This document shows, in pieces, positions 37,851 to 51,150 of a stretch of DNA of 64,000 bases (position 1 is its first letter; each line of letters opens with the position of its first letter). The position numbers and the translations under genes are program-made. The DNA is from Paraspadella gotoi (lineage: Eukaryota; Animalia; Chaetognatha). The notes beneath the pieces are model-generated. The model did not search any database. It saw only the letters and a program-made list of their open reading frames with translations, and was not told the DNA's origin. The stretch spans positions 26,693,298 through 26,757,297 of the forward strand of contig CM119264.1 in the NCBI GenBank assembly GCA_051294375.1, read 5' to 3'.

Positions 37851-38809
37851 TTACGAAAGAATTAGATAATAAAGAAGGAAAAAGACAAAAGGGAAAAGAA
37901 AACTCACTTTTTTTTTACTTATTCAATGAGAAAAAGAAGGAAAGGAAGATTTTTCTCATATTCTTTATTAGTTTATGTATGTATATTCTTTTTATGAATA
38001 CCCACAGACGATCGGTTAATGTAAGTTTAAATAAGTGACATAAGTTTAAATAGTTACAAAAATGGTAATAAATAAACGCAACAGTAACATGTTTCTCATC
38101 TCATCGATCAATTCGATCATCATCGATCATCATCAAGTAATCATCTGTATCGTCATTATCTTCATTCCACTTTTAAAAAAAGACATTTTTCCCTACTCAA
38201 AAGTTCCTCTTTTTCTTCGATGAAAACAAAATAGAAAAGTAAGAAGTGAAAAAAGGTTCCTAACTTTGTTAACAGGATTAAATTCGGCTTAGAGCGAAAG
38301 GAAAAGACAAAAAGCCACAAGAAAGAAGAAAGCATCTTACTCACTTACTCACTCTCCCATTTCACTCACTCACAACCCAAATGGAGGAAAAGAAAAAACA
38401 TTCCTCGAGGGATAAAAAGTCTTACGTTGACCAATAACACGATTTTTTTTCATTTTTGTTGCGGTAAATAATTCATTCGTAAATGTTTTAGGGAAAAGAG
38501 GGAAGAAAAACATTTTAAATTTTTGGAAAGTTGAAAGAATGAAATAAAAGATAAGGATAAAAAAAGAGAGAGGAAGACAGAAGATGAAGGCGAAGAAATA
38601 AGACAGAAGATAGAAGACAGAAGACAGAAGAAGGAAAAAAAAGAACCTAAGAAAAATATAGAAAATAAAAACGCGAAGACAGAAAAGAGAAAATTAATTG
38701 AAACAGAACATTATAAGGAAAAGACAAATCCAATAAAATCGTTGGATACAGAACTCATGCGAACATTACGAAAAGAATGTATATGTACAATTGTACATGT
38801 AATGAACAT

Positions 38810-38950
38810 GGCGGGCACCTGGCACACTGCGGGCACCCGATGGGCACCATGAAAGTAGAGGGCACACAGCCGGGAACCCAGTCAACGGCGAAATCGGCAG
38901 GCATCAGCGAGCACCAGCACCCGGTGCCCACCCAGTCGGGGCACCCAATC
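38810..38950. repeat. Cluster of GGGCAC(C) motifs
   Basis: About eight GG(G)CAC/GCACC copies in 140 bp, one of them inverted. Confidence 0.6.
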
Positions 38951-39173
38951 AACGGTGATATCACGGCCAGAACTCCTTTACGTGCGAACCACGCGCGCGA
39001 ATGAACTAGCGCGTGCACGTACTCACGTGCGCGCGCGTTCCGAGCGCAAAGAGAAGAACGAAAATCCGGAAATCACATTAGTACGCGTTGCGCTGAGAGG
39101 AGAACTCAAGTGGAAACCCTAGCAATTACTGCGGAGGAGAAGGGAGAGAATGAGAGAAGAGGAAAGAGAGAAG

Positions 39174-39204
<31 letters not shown>

Positions 39205-39206
39205 AC

Positions 39207-39273
<67 letters not shown>

Positions 39274-39600
39274 GAGAGAGAAGAGGGTGTGTCCGTATTC
39301 CTCTGCGATTCAGTTGTTTCAGTTTTCCGCGTTTTTTCTTCAGCTTAACACAAAAAATCTTTACTAAAACGTTTAATTATATGTATGTATTTTTGTTTGT
39401 TTACAAAGTTGATTCCATGATATTTTATAAAAGAAAAGTCAAATTCAATGTTACGTTTTGATTTGAAGATGAAAAAATCGGGAGCTAAAGATTTGCGATT
39501 AATTGATCTTTAGATGTAAACGCGATTCTTTTCTGGGTTGCATTTTATCGTCTCTCTCTCTCTCTCTCCTCGTCTTCTCTCTCTCTCCTCTTCTCTCTCT

Positions 39601-39638
<38 letters not shown>

Positions 39639-40145
39639 CTCTCTCCCTTCCCTCCCTCGGGGCCCGTCCTTTTACGATCGATTTTTACGACAAACAAATT
39701 GTCAGAGAATCCTCGTTCTCCTCCTTTCTCTTCATCAGGCTAATCTCATCTTCGACTCGAACGCCCTCTCCCGTTGAGCGCCCCCACTCATCCTTACCGA
39801 CTTACTTACCCTTACTCCCTGCTTGGTTACTCTTTAAACCTACCTAGTACTACTTACTCCTTACTTAACGTACTTACGATACTTATACTTTTGGTCATTC
39901 TCTTTATCCTTATCAATTAATTTACTTTCTTAACTTAACTTAACTTAACCTTTCTTTTCTTTTCTTTTCTTTTCTTTTCTTTTCTTTTCTTTTCTTTTCT
40001 TTTCTTTTCTTTTCTTTTCTTTTCTTTTATTTTCTTTTCTTTTCTCCCTCTCTTTTTACTTCTCATCCCCTCCAGCAACTATGGCGACCTCAAATTGAAA
40101 GAAATCAAAGTTACAATCGAACATCAATAACGAGTTAACGATTAC

Positions 40146-40182
<37 letters not shown>

Positions 40183-40250
40183 TTGAGATTTGACGATCGA
40201 GAGAAACGCGACGCCATCGACGCCGAAACGAGAAACCGAAAGGGAAAAAA

Positions 40251-40475
40251 GTTACAACCGGGCGTCACGACATCCGGGGAGTTGGGGAAAAAGAGGAGAA
40301 GGGCGGATGTATCTTGAAACAGTGGAAATGAGGGCCGGCTGTAACTGAAAACGATGTACACACACAAAAGAAGGATGTAATTGGAAAGACAAGGTGAGAA
40401 GCCAGGATGTAATTACCAACGCGAGCTGGAAAGCCCGGATAAGAAATGAGAGTTATAAAAGAGGGATGTAATTAC
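40251..40475. repeat. Degenerate second cluster of (C)GGATGTAA(C/T) motifs
   Basis: Inverted copies at about 40251 and 40270; forward copies at about 40303, 40335, 40372, 40403 and 40463. Confidence 0.6.
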
Positions 40476-40622
40476 AGGAAGAAAAGGCTGATTTACTCAA
40501 TTCGAATCGCTTTTAAAAGAGAAATTGTTTAAAAAAAATTTATTACTGTAATTTACATTAATTTATAGACTTTTTTTCTTTTAGCCTTGCTGAGCGCTGA
40601 CAGAGACTGAGAGAGAGAGAAG

Positions 40623-40703
<81 letters not shown>

Positions 40704-40797
40704 ACTCGTCAGTCACTGGGTCGAAAGGAAAAACAAGGAAATGATCTTTTGGGACCGGAACTGAGTCTGGAAAGCCTTTCGCCCACAAGAGCGACCT

Positions 40798-40888
<91 letters not shown>

Positions 40889-41312
40889 CTCCCGTCACTC
40901 AACTTGTCGACAGTATTATTTGCGAGTTGCTGTTATTTTTATTTTTCCTTCAAAGTCTAAGGATGATGTTGAGTCCCGTTTGCAAAAACAAAGGGTCCAT
41001 CGTTGCCACCAATGGGGCCTCAAAAATGGGAACAGTGAGAATCTATTCTTTGGGGCTTTGAAACTTGGACTTTTCCTGTTTTTTTAATTAAAATATTAAA
41101 CACCACATTCAACTACGTAACATAGTTAATCTACTCAGTTATTCTCTATCAAAATATACAAATAACATGATCGCTTAAAATAGCAAAGGTAACCTAATTT
41201 TTACGAACAATAATACTACTACTTAATGACTTTTTTAGCCTTAAAACTTCAATTGCGAAGTTTAGGATGACTCAAAAAGGGAGATTTTTGCGATTCAAAG
41301 TCGCCTATGAAG

Positions 41313-41405
<93 letters not shown>

Positions 41406-42173
41406 TCAAAGAAAAAAGTAAGGATCATCATCTCTTCCAATGACGTATGGACGAAAGGACGGAAACGACATCAACTAAAACAACAACAACAAAGCAGACG
41501 CGCCGCCGCACGACGACGACGAACGACGACGACGACGACGACACGACGACGAATCACGAATTCAAGGGTCCCTCTCCACCCGGACGCCGTTAAACTCGCA
41601 TAAACCCAAGAAAACGGTTTTTTTTTCCTTTTTTCCTTCTTCTTTTTTTCTCTCTCTCTTCCTCTCTCGTCCCCTCAGCCTCGTTCTCCCTCAATTCAAA
41701 TTTCTCTCTCCCCCCCCTTCTCCCCCCCTCCCATCCCCCCTCTCCCCCTCGCCGTCTTTCCCCTCCGCGTCACTTATTGTCCTTATGTTTAATTCATGAA
41801 AATCCCGCCAGGCGCCTCCACGCGCGCGTCTTTAAAGCGGAAGAACCTTTTTTTTTTTCTCTCTCTTTTCTCTTTTCTCTTTTTTTTTTCCGTTTCCACT
41901 TTTTTTTAAGTCTTACGATGAAAATAAGGTAAAAAAAAAACGCGGAGTGAAATCGCATGCGCGGAAGAGATTCGCAGATTCACGTGAAAGAGTGTGAGAG
42001 CGCGTGAGAGTCTAGAGAAAGTATTAGAAAGTGTGGAAGAGAGAAAGTGCTTAAAGATTGTTAATATATACATAGAAAATAAATAATAGTTAAAGGAAAA
42101 GCCCTTGATCTTACTCAAAATAAGCAATCATTGCAACATTTTCCGCAGAAACATCTGCGCGTCAGTGTCCTCC

Positions 42174-42183
42174 GCGCATGCGC
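42174..42183. promoter_or_regulatory. NRF1-type palindrome GCGCATGCGC in a CpG-rich patch
   Basis: Consensus match; a related TCGCATGCGC and a CACGTG lie at about 41953-41986. Confidence 0.35.
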
Positions 42184-42388
42184 GATTCCCGTCCCAAAAT
42201 CCTTCGTTCGTCCGTGATCTCCGGAAAGTCTCGTCCGATGGCAAAAGTGTTTTTTTCTTTTGACTCTTGATTCCTGACGGACAAGTGATCAAGATTCTTT
42301 TTCGATCAGAGCGAAGGTGTAATTAGCCATTCAAAGAGGATTTCAAAGAATCATTCGGGAGAGAGAGAGAGGCGGCCATTGAAGAGTT

Positions 42389-42426
<38 letters not shown>

Positions 42427-42687
42427 TCATCTCTCTCTCTCTCTTCTCTCTTCTCTCTCTTCTCTCTCTCTCTCTCCTCCATTCCACCTCTCCTTTCTTT
42501 CAATGGCGTAGTACTCTTTCGGTTTTTTTTCTCCCTTCTTTACAAAAGACGAGCGAGCAGAAAAAAAAAAAAAGTGAAATGAAATAAAAGAGCATTCCTT
42601 CTTTCGTCTCATCGTTTCGCCTTTTTCAATTTCGGCTCCGTTCATCCGCGCATCAGAAGAAAATTTATCATCTAAAACAAAAACACC

Positions 42688-42783
<96 letters not shown>

Positions 42784-43287
42784 TCTTTTTTTTCCTCTTT
42801 CCTTTAATTCCTTTTTATTCTTTATCGTCGACATTTTTTTCCTTTTTTCTCCAGATTCTCGGTTGTTTGCCCTTTTGTTCTGCTCGTCTCTTTTTTTTTC
42901 CCCGCCGTCAGAGATCTCCCGGTTTTCGACTCATCATTTCTCTTCCTTGTTCATTTGTTATCGCCGACGCTCGACAGTTAAGACGATTACGAACGCCCTC
43001 TTCTTATCTCTCTATCCCTCGAAACGCCCGCAGCGACGTCGATTGACTACAACGACGACGACGACAACAACAACGACGGCTTCAATCGAATTACATTGTT
43101 TGTCTTTTCATCGATTTTCTCGATTTTCTTTTTGCTTCGTTTTTTTTCTTTGAGAGAGAGAGAGAAGAGAGAATGATTCACGCTTTTCAGTCGTGACTCG
43201 CGATGTTCTTTTGTTCGATAGACGCGTTCCTGTTCCCTTCTCAGCCCGACCGTTTCCATGCTTGACCGCCTGCCTGCCCAATCTTAC

Positions 43288-43378
43288 CCTCTAACCCGCC
43301 CTTCTATCCTCCACCTGCTCTCTAACCCGCCCTCCTATCCTCTACCTGCCCTCTAACCCGCCCTCCTATCCTCCTACC
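43288..43378 (+). repeat. 31-bp tandem repeat, 3 copies (CCCTCTAACCCGCCCTCCTATCCTCTACCTG)
   Basis: Seen directly. Confidence 0.85.
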
Positions 43379-44407
43379 CTCCATTTCTTTTTCTTTTCCT
43401 CCCTCGGCTTCCATCTGTCCTCTCTCTCTCCATTTCCCTCTTTCGCATCCACCTCCTCTTATGACCAACTCTGCCCCTTTTCTTATGACCAACTATGCCC
43501 CTTTTCTCTTCCCCTGCCAAGCTCTCCCCGCCCCCTTGCCTCCTCTTTCCTCTTTGTAGTTTTCACGACCTTGCCATTGTCATTGTCATTGTCATTGTCA
43601 TTGTCACAACCACCAATCTTCTTTTCCTTCCTTTTATTTACTTTGCTTCACTTCTCTACATTCTTGGTTATTTCTGCTTCCTCTTTCTCCTTTTCCTCTC
43701 CCCCCCTACCCACCTCTTTGCCTCTTCCACGACTTGTCTTCCTACCTCCACCCTCTCTCTTCTCATCCTTCTTCCGCCTCTTCCTCTCTCTCCCCCGCCA
43801 CCCTCCTCTTCCAATTCGCCCGTCGAGTTCGCCCCGCCCTTTGCCTCTTCCACGCTCCGCTGGGATATTTCATCTCCTTTCATTAAATCCCGGAAACAAT
43901 CTCTCCTTTCCGCGTCTCCTCAGTTTCTTTTCCTTTTTGCTCCTGTAGGGGGTCTCGCTGCTCTCTTTATTTTTGCTTCTGTAAAAGCCTCACCGCTCCT
44001 TTAGTAGATATCTCACCCTTCTCTTTGTTATTTTTCCTAAATGACACGAGTCGCCCATTTTCTTTTTACTCCTGTAAGATTCTCACCGTTCTATTTCTTT
44101 CTGCTCCTTTTCCATCACTACTGACCTATCCATTTTTTATTGCTCCTTTAAGATCCTCATTGCTTTTTTGATCAACAAATTCACTTATTGTTTTCAAGTA
44201 AAAAAAAAAACTTTTTCATTTTTTGGCTTTTTTTCTGCTTTTTTTAATTTCTTGCTTCTCTTTCCTCCATTTGCTTTTTCCTCTTATCTGAAATTCACCG
44301 GTTTTCTTTTTAATTTTGTTTTTCTTTTTCTCTTTCCATCTTTGGTTCTCTATCTCCTTTTCTTCCAATCGACATTTTCTCTGTCTCTCTTTCTCTCTCT
44401 ATCTCTC

Positions 44408-44447
<40 letters not shown>

Positions 44448-44654
44448 GCTCTCTCTGCCTCATTTTGCTCTTTTTTTTTCTGCTCATTTTATCGCTCCAC
44501 TTTTTTTTCTTTTCTTTCTTTTTTTTTGCTCCATTTTATCTTTCTCCTTTTTGTGCCTTTTGAGTGTTGTTCCTGGAGGAGACTCACCATAGACGGACGA
44601 CCGAGAGCTGGCTTCCCGTCTCGCCTCTCGCTTTCCTTTTTTTATCTCCCTCTC

Positions 44655-44714
<60 letters not shown>

Positions 44715-44812
44715 TCTCTCCCGTTTACTGTCCCGCTCAGAAAAAAGAAGTCTACTTCCAGAAAGCCCCAATCCTAAATTACGCACAAGAACGAGCACAA
44801 AAGAAGAGAGAG

Positions 44813-44860
<48 letters not shown>

Positions 44861-46326
44861 AGAAGAGAGAGAGAGAGCGAGAGAGAGAGAGAGAGCAAGC
44901 TAACAAACGCCTTTTTAAGCTTCAAAAACTACGAAAAAAGCTATAAAACTCGAAACTGAAATATTTGCAAAGGCGGAGAGAGAAGAAAAAACGCCCGGCG
45001 TCGTATTTCATGTCGTCGGCGGCGTTAATGGCGCCGACCAGCGGCGCCACGCCATGCAGAGAGACCCGACTGACCGGAAGTAGCGAAGTTTAACCGGCGC
45101 GCGACGCCGGACCGAAAATGACGCCGGAAATGACGCCGAGTTGAAACGACGCAACAGATTTTGATAAAAAACGTCGATTATGTCGAGAGATCGAGGGTTT
45201 AATGTCGTCGTCGTTGTCGTCGTCGTCGTCGTCGTCATTGCAATGTTGATAGTCAAGCGTTTTTATTAATTTTCAAGAAAAATACGTTTGTTGAAGTTTT
45301 TTAATGTTTATGTTAAATATTTTTCTATTTATAACCTTGGGCGGTGAGGTGTGACGGGCCAGGGGTGAGATGTTCACGTTTGGCAGACCCTTAAAAACGC
45401 GACCCCTAAAAGTTCAGTTCTTATTTTCTTTCTCTCTAGTCTTGTGATAAATTCCCTGCCGTTCTGTCGTTGACAGCTTTCGTCCATTCTTTCACTACGT
45501 TGTTATTTCATCTTTCCATTTTTTTATATCTAACTTCATTGCTTGTTTTTAGCTTGTTTTTTGAATTTTCTATATTTTTCTTTTTTCTTTTCTATCTCTT
45601 TTTTTTCCTCATTCCCTCAGCTCATGGAAATCCACCCGAGCAAAACCTTCCATTTTCAAATTCTTTTATTATTCATTTTGATTTTAACTTTTTCATCTTC
45701 GATTCTTCTTTATTCCCTTTTTTTATCTCGGTTATCCCGCATTTCTATCATTTTCATGGATTTTTTCCATCAAATAGTCTCAAAGTTAAATAGTAATAGT
45801 AATATATATATAGTATATATAAAAGATTTTATCTATTAGTTTCTCTTTCTGTTTTATTCGATTACGGCGTCTAAGAAGTAAATATGTACATACGTAAAAA
45901 AAAAGAAAAATAAGATAAGGCAAAAAATAAAGAAGAAAAAAAGAAAAAAAAAGACCCAACGTCGGTCGAAGGTCAAAGCGAAAAACAAAAGACGTCAAAG
46001 GAGAAAAGAAAAGAAGTCAAAACCGAAAAGGAAAATAAATCAAAACGAAAGACAAACGAGAGAAAAAAAATTAGAAAAAAAATCAATACGACTAAAGGAA
46101 AGAATTTAAAACAACAAAAACAAAAAAGACTTAACGAAATATGCACAATGTCACCGAAGAATAAGTAATACTTCAAAACTACGAGAAATATGTTAAATAT
46201 GTTAAAAGTGACAAGACGAAAAAAGGAAAGAGGCACAAGTCAAAACCAACTAAATCTGTAAAAAAATATATTTGTCGTATTCTTTCGAAACAGAAAATCA
46301 ACAAATTGTATTGATGGATCGATTGT

Positions 46327-46329
<3 letters not shown>

Positions 46330-46364
<35 letters not shown>

Positions 46365-46390
46365 GATTGATTGAATGATTGATTGAATTA
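46330..46390 (+). repeat. (TTGA)n tetranucleotide repeat
   Basis: Seen directly. Confidence 0.9.
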
Positions 46391-46518
46391 TCGATCGATT
46401 CAATCGACTCAATTTGTTATTACTTTAAAATTACATCTCTTAAATACGAAATCCTCCTTCATTCGCTTTCCTCCTCTTCCCTCCAATTCCCCATCTCTAT
46501 TAGCAGGACGGGCACGAC

Positions 46519-46595
<77 letters not shown>

Positions 46596-47847
46596 AAATT
46601 GTCGACTTCTTCTCTGCATAACTGCGGCTGATTTGTTTTGGTCCTGATTAGAGACTAAATCGATATCTTGATTGAGTCTCTGGCCCGGAGGCGAACCGCT
46701 CCACTCTACCACTCTTCCCACCCTTTCCCCCCTTCCCCTCCCCGGCCTCACCCACTGAACTCGCTCCCCCAACCGCTATACTTCGCTCCAATTACCGCCC
46801 CCTCCCGATTTTTTTAATCTAGTAACAGATGCTCAACGCCCTCTTCATTTTGATTTGTCATTTCAGACTCGATTCCAACTTTTTTCTATTTCATATTCTC
46901 CTCCCTTCCTTTCCACTCCACATTCTCTTTTCGCCCCACTTTTCTTGCCACTTTTCTTGCCCATTTTTAACGCCATATTTTTCCCCACACCCACGTTGTC
47001 ACTTCGCTCTCCCTTCCTTCCACCCTTTCTCTCTTCACCTCGGCGCGTGGGACGTCATATCCGGTTTCACCGACGGACGAAGAAGATCTTTGTGAACATT
47101 TCACTTGGTTTCTTTTCACGCCATCGAAAACCATTCGGTCTCATCACCACCACAATGCCTCCTAATTAGACAACATCACATGGAATTTAGTCCAGCAACG
47201 ACCTCATAAACACCATCACCTCTCAGCCTGTCGATTCAATTCACAATCGCAACCAAACTTGATTCACTTCTAAAGATCCCATCATTCCCTTCCGTATCAC
47301 TAGACAGATTTAAATGCCAGAACCCCTTCCGGTCCTCACCGTCTCACCTCTTCACTCAACCCACCTTCCTTACTCTCTCCTTCTCCCTCACCTTCAGCCT
47401 CTGAGCCTCTGAGCCACGAGTTTCGTCGATGACTTTGACGTCGATTCGATTTCCCGTAAATTAACGCTCGTGACGCCGACGCCACGCCCACTTCCGGTCA
47501 ATTAGAAATTCACGGAATAATCTGCCTTTATCGAGAGGTTGGGTTAAATTAAGGGAAGACTTTTCCCTCATTCTTTTATTCTTTCTTTAGTTATTTCTTT
47601 CTCTTCATTCTTTCTTTATTTTTATTATTACTTTCTCTTCACTCTTTTGTTTATTGTTGTTGTTTTTTTTCTGAACTTTACTCTGTCTTCATCGCATTGT
47701 TATTTAACGTTTTCTTGTTTGTTAGTTTGGTTTTTGTTTGGTCCTTTCATAACATTTTTTTTTTCTGTTCGATTTTTTTCCTTCCCCATTGTTTTCCGGT
47801 TAGCGGTGCTGTACATGACAAGCTTTGACTTAGTTTTATAGATTTAC

Positions 47848-48271
47848 TGGTCGGTCGGTCGGTCGGTCGGTTCGGTCGGTCGGTCGGTCGGCGGGTCCGG
47901 GTCGGTCGGGTTCGGTCGGTTCGCGCTCGGTCGTCCCGGTCGGTCTCGGTCGGTCGCGGTCGGATCGCGTCGTCCGGTTCGGGTCCGCGCTCGGGATTCG
48001 GCGTCGGTACGGTCGGCGTCGGTCGGCGGCGATAATCGATTCTGGTTTCGGTCTGCTCGTATTTCTCGGTCTCGCGTTGGCGGAGATCCTTCGGTATATT
48101 CGGTCGGTCGGCGTTATCGAATTCGCGCATCGGATCGGACTCGGGTCGGTCGGATCGGGTCGAGATTCGGTCGTGTCGGCGTCGGCGTCGGTCGCAGTCT
48201 CGGTCGGTCTCGCCGTCTGGTCGTTCGGTCGGCTCGGTCGGTCGCGTATAGGTCGGTCGGTCGGTCGGTCA
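47848..48271 (+). repeat. Degenerate (CGGT)n CpG-rich simple repeat, ~420 bp
   Basis: Pure GGTC runs at both ends and degenerate TCGG-based units inside. Confidence 0.9.
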
Positions 48272-51009
48272 GGTGAGAAACTCAATTCGTTTCGCCCAAA
48301 TTTAATTAATTTTCATCAATTTTTTTTTTGGTCTGATGAGAGAGCGAGGGTTGCGACTTATTGTTTTTTCTGCCTAATTTGACGAATAAAGATTTTTTTT
48401 TTTCTTTTGCCATTAGAGCTGAAAAAAAAAATACAAAAGGCGACTAAATTATCTGCAGACCAAATTGTCGACTGAAAAATGAAGTGAGAGAGAATTGAGG
48501 GCGCCAAGTTTATCTCGGCCGAATCTGATAAAAACGACGCTAATAACAAATTCTCTCAAGATAACAAAAGTTGAAAAGTGAAAAAAGTAAGAACAAATAT
48601 ATACATATATTTTAAAGAAATTCCTTTCGTTCGGTTTTTTTTTCTCTAAAAGTTGATGTATTTTTTTTTTATTCTTTTTTTTTTGGTAAAAAGTTTAGTT
48701 CTTCGCGACTGTTCGTGAAAATTGAAGAGAAGGAAGAAAGAAAGACAAAGAAAGAAAGAAAGAAAGAAAGAAAAGAGAGAGATACGTGATCAATACATCC
48801 AGAAGAGCAACACCTTGAGCTTGCAGGGTCTTGAGAATTCATTGTTGTAGATTTCTATATTATTCTTTTCAGTGCGACAGAGTGAAGAGTACTACTTGGT
48901 GCCTTTGCAAGTATGAAGTCTTGCCTCAACATCATTGCGAAAATATACAATTCATGACTAATGGAATTAAGTTAATGAGTACTTTTTTTTGAGAAATAAT
49001 GTCTAGAATAGAATTATGTTCCTATGTGACATAATTATCTTGAGTTTAATATTCAGGTATACCACATAATTCCATTGAGTGTTTAAGTACTGGGTTATAC
49101 TGGAAGATAAGGTCGACTTGCAAGACCAAGTTTGTAGCTGAGAGATTAGAGAAATATGCGGGCTGGCAGCTTGATATTACTTTATGTTAGGTCGAAATAA
49201 TCCTAATCTCTCTCAAGAGGATATTTCAAAAAACAATCAAATTATATTGCTCGCAGATCCAGAATTATTGTTTTTAATGTTTATTTCTTAAGTGAATAAA
49301 GGCTTTTGTGATTTTTGTAGTGCTTCTCCAATCTCGGCAGCATAAAAAAATTAAAAATGATATTACTCATTTGACTTACATATTATATTTGGAATCGGCC
49401 TGAGGAGTTACGCGTGCCTTTAAACTATAGATCATCGCAGGGATGACGCTCAAGTTTTTTATTTAAAATCTGATGAATATAGAAGAAGCAAGAAAAAAAA
49501 AACTTTTATGTTGAAGGTCCTCAGTTTTAATTCCGAGCTCACTGTCGCGTAGCTTACTTCGTACTAAAAAAGGTAAGGATGATTACCTCCGATTTGCGAG
49601 CAAAGGTCTAAAGAGAGTATATTCAATTCAGTCGACGAAATTTGTATTCATTTGACATTCTTTAAACGTTCTCGTCGAAAAGATACTATATAATACTTTA
49701 AAACAGATTTTTTATTATGCCATTTGTCTATTTTGTTGCTCGGACATCGTCTAATTATGCCCAATAAATGATGTCAAAAATGTGCCGATGTGGACGAGAA
49801 ACAAACATAGATTCAAGTTTTTCATCTTATTATTTCTTTATCGAGTTTTTTCTATTTTTTTTTTTTTTCGAAGTCAAGTCCGGCGATCCTACATTTTTTT
49901 CTGTACATCCGTTTTATTGATGGTCCTTTTCTCCCTTGTTATTTTTTCCTTTTTTTTTCCTCAATATTTTCTTTGTGTCTCTGTGCGCTTATTATCTGGT
50001 AATCACTTTTTTCGCTTTGCCCCCTCATCGCGCCGTTAAAGCAATAAAGCGTCTGTACAAATCAGAAGGAATAAAGTCGCTGACGGGCGGAAGTCCTATT
50101 TACAGAAAAATTCTCACACATTCGGTGTGTTCCACGAGTCATCCATGATTTATTGTTATTTGTGACGGAGAGATGGAGGAGATAGGGGAAGATGAGAATG
50201 GGAGAATATTAGCTATAGAAGTATGGAGAGGAACGGAAGAAGATGGTGAAGAAATAGGGGATGAGATGTGGAGAGAGGTAAGAAAGAAAATGAGAGAGGG
50301 AAAGATGATAATGGGAGGGTGTGGGAGGGGTTAAGAGAGAAGTTGAGATGGAAGAAAGATGAGATGGGAGAGGGAAGAAGAGATATGAGAGAGAAATAAG
50401 ATGGGAGGAGAAAATCATATTGAGATGGGAGGAAGGAAGATGAGAAGTGAGATGGGAGAGGAAGGAAGAGTGGGAAAGAGAAAGAAGAGATGTGAGGAGG
50501 AGGATAAGATTAGAAACGGAAGTATGATGCAACAAAAGATATGAAATAATGAAGAGGGATATATGCATAAAGGGGAAGTTAAGATGGGAGAAAAAATGAG
50601 TGGGTGGAAGATGGAGAAGGAAAGAAGATTTGACGGGGAGTTATTGAGATTCTCAATTTCGAATGAGGCGAAGAATAAAATTTAAAAATAAAACAAAAAA
50701 GAGGGCTTTGCTGAGTGAATGGCCAATTGATTCTTTGTTTATATTCCGCAAGGGGCGAATTTCTCGAAATGGTCGCTCATTCTCTCTCATTTTTCTACTC
50801 TTTACGGATGAATTCAGCTTTATATCTATTCTCTATTTATCCTCCTCGACGCCCCATTTGATATTTTGTTAATATTTTAGTTTTTGTTAATATTGTTAGT
50901 TGACCTCTTGAAGGTCGCGACGGTGTAAAAAAAATTTGAATCTCCGTCGATAATCGAAGAAAAATGGAAGGTGAACGATTGGTGAATGTGACTCAGAAAA
51001 TTTTTTGCG

Positions 51010-51150
<141 letters not shown>

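Noticed and set aside
48780-49450. Possible exons in complex AT-rich sequence
   Set aside because: Splice signals occur on both strands and no consistent frame emerges, so no call can be supported.
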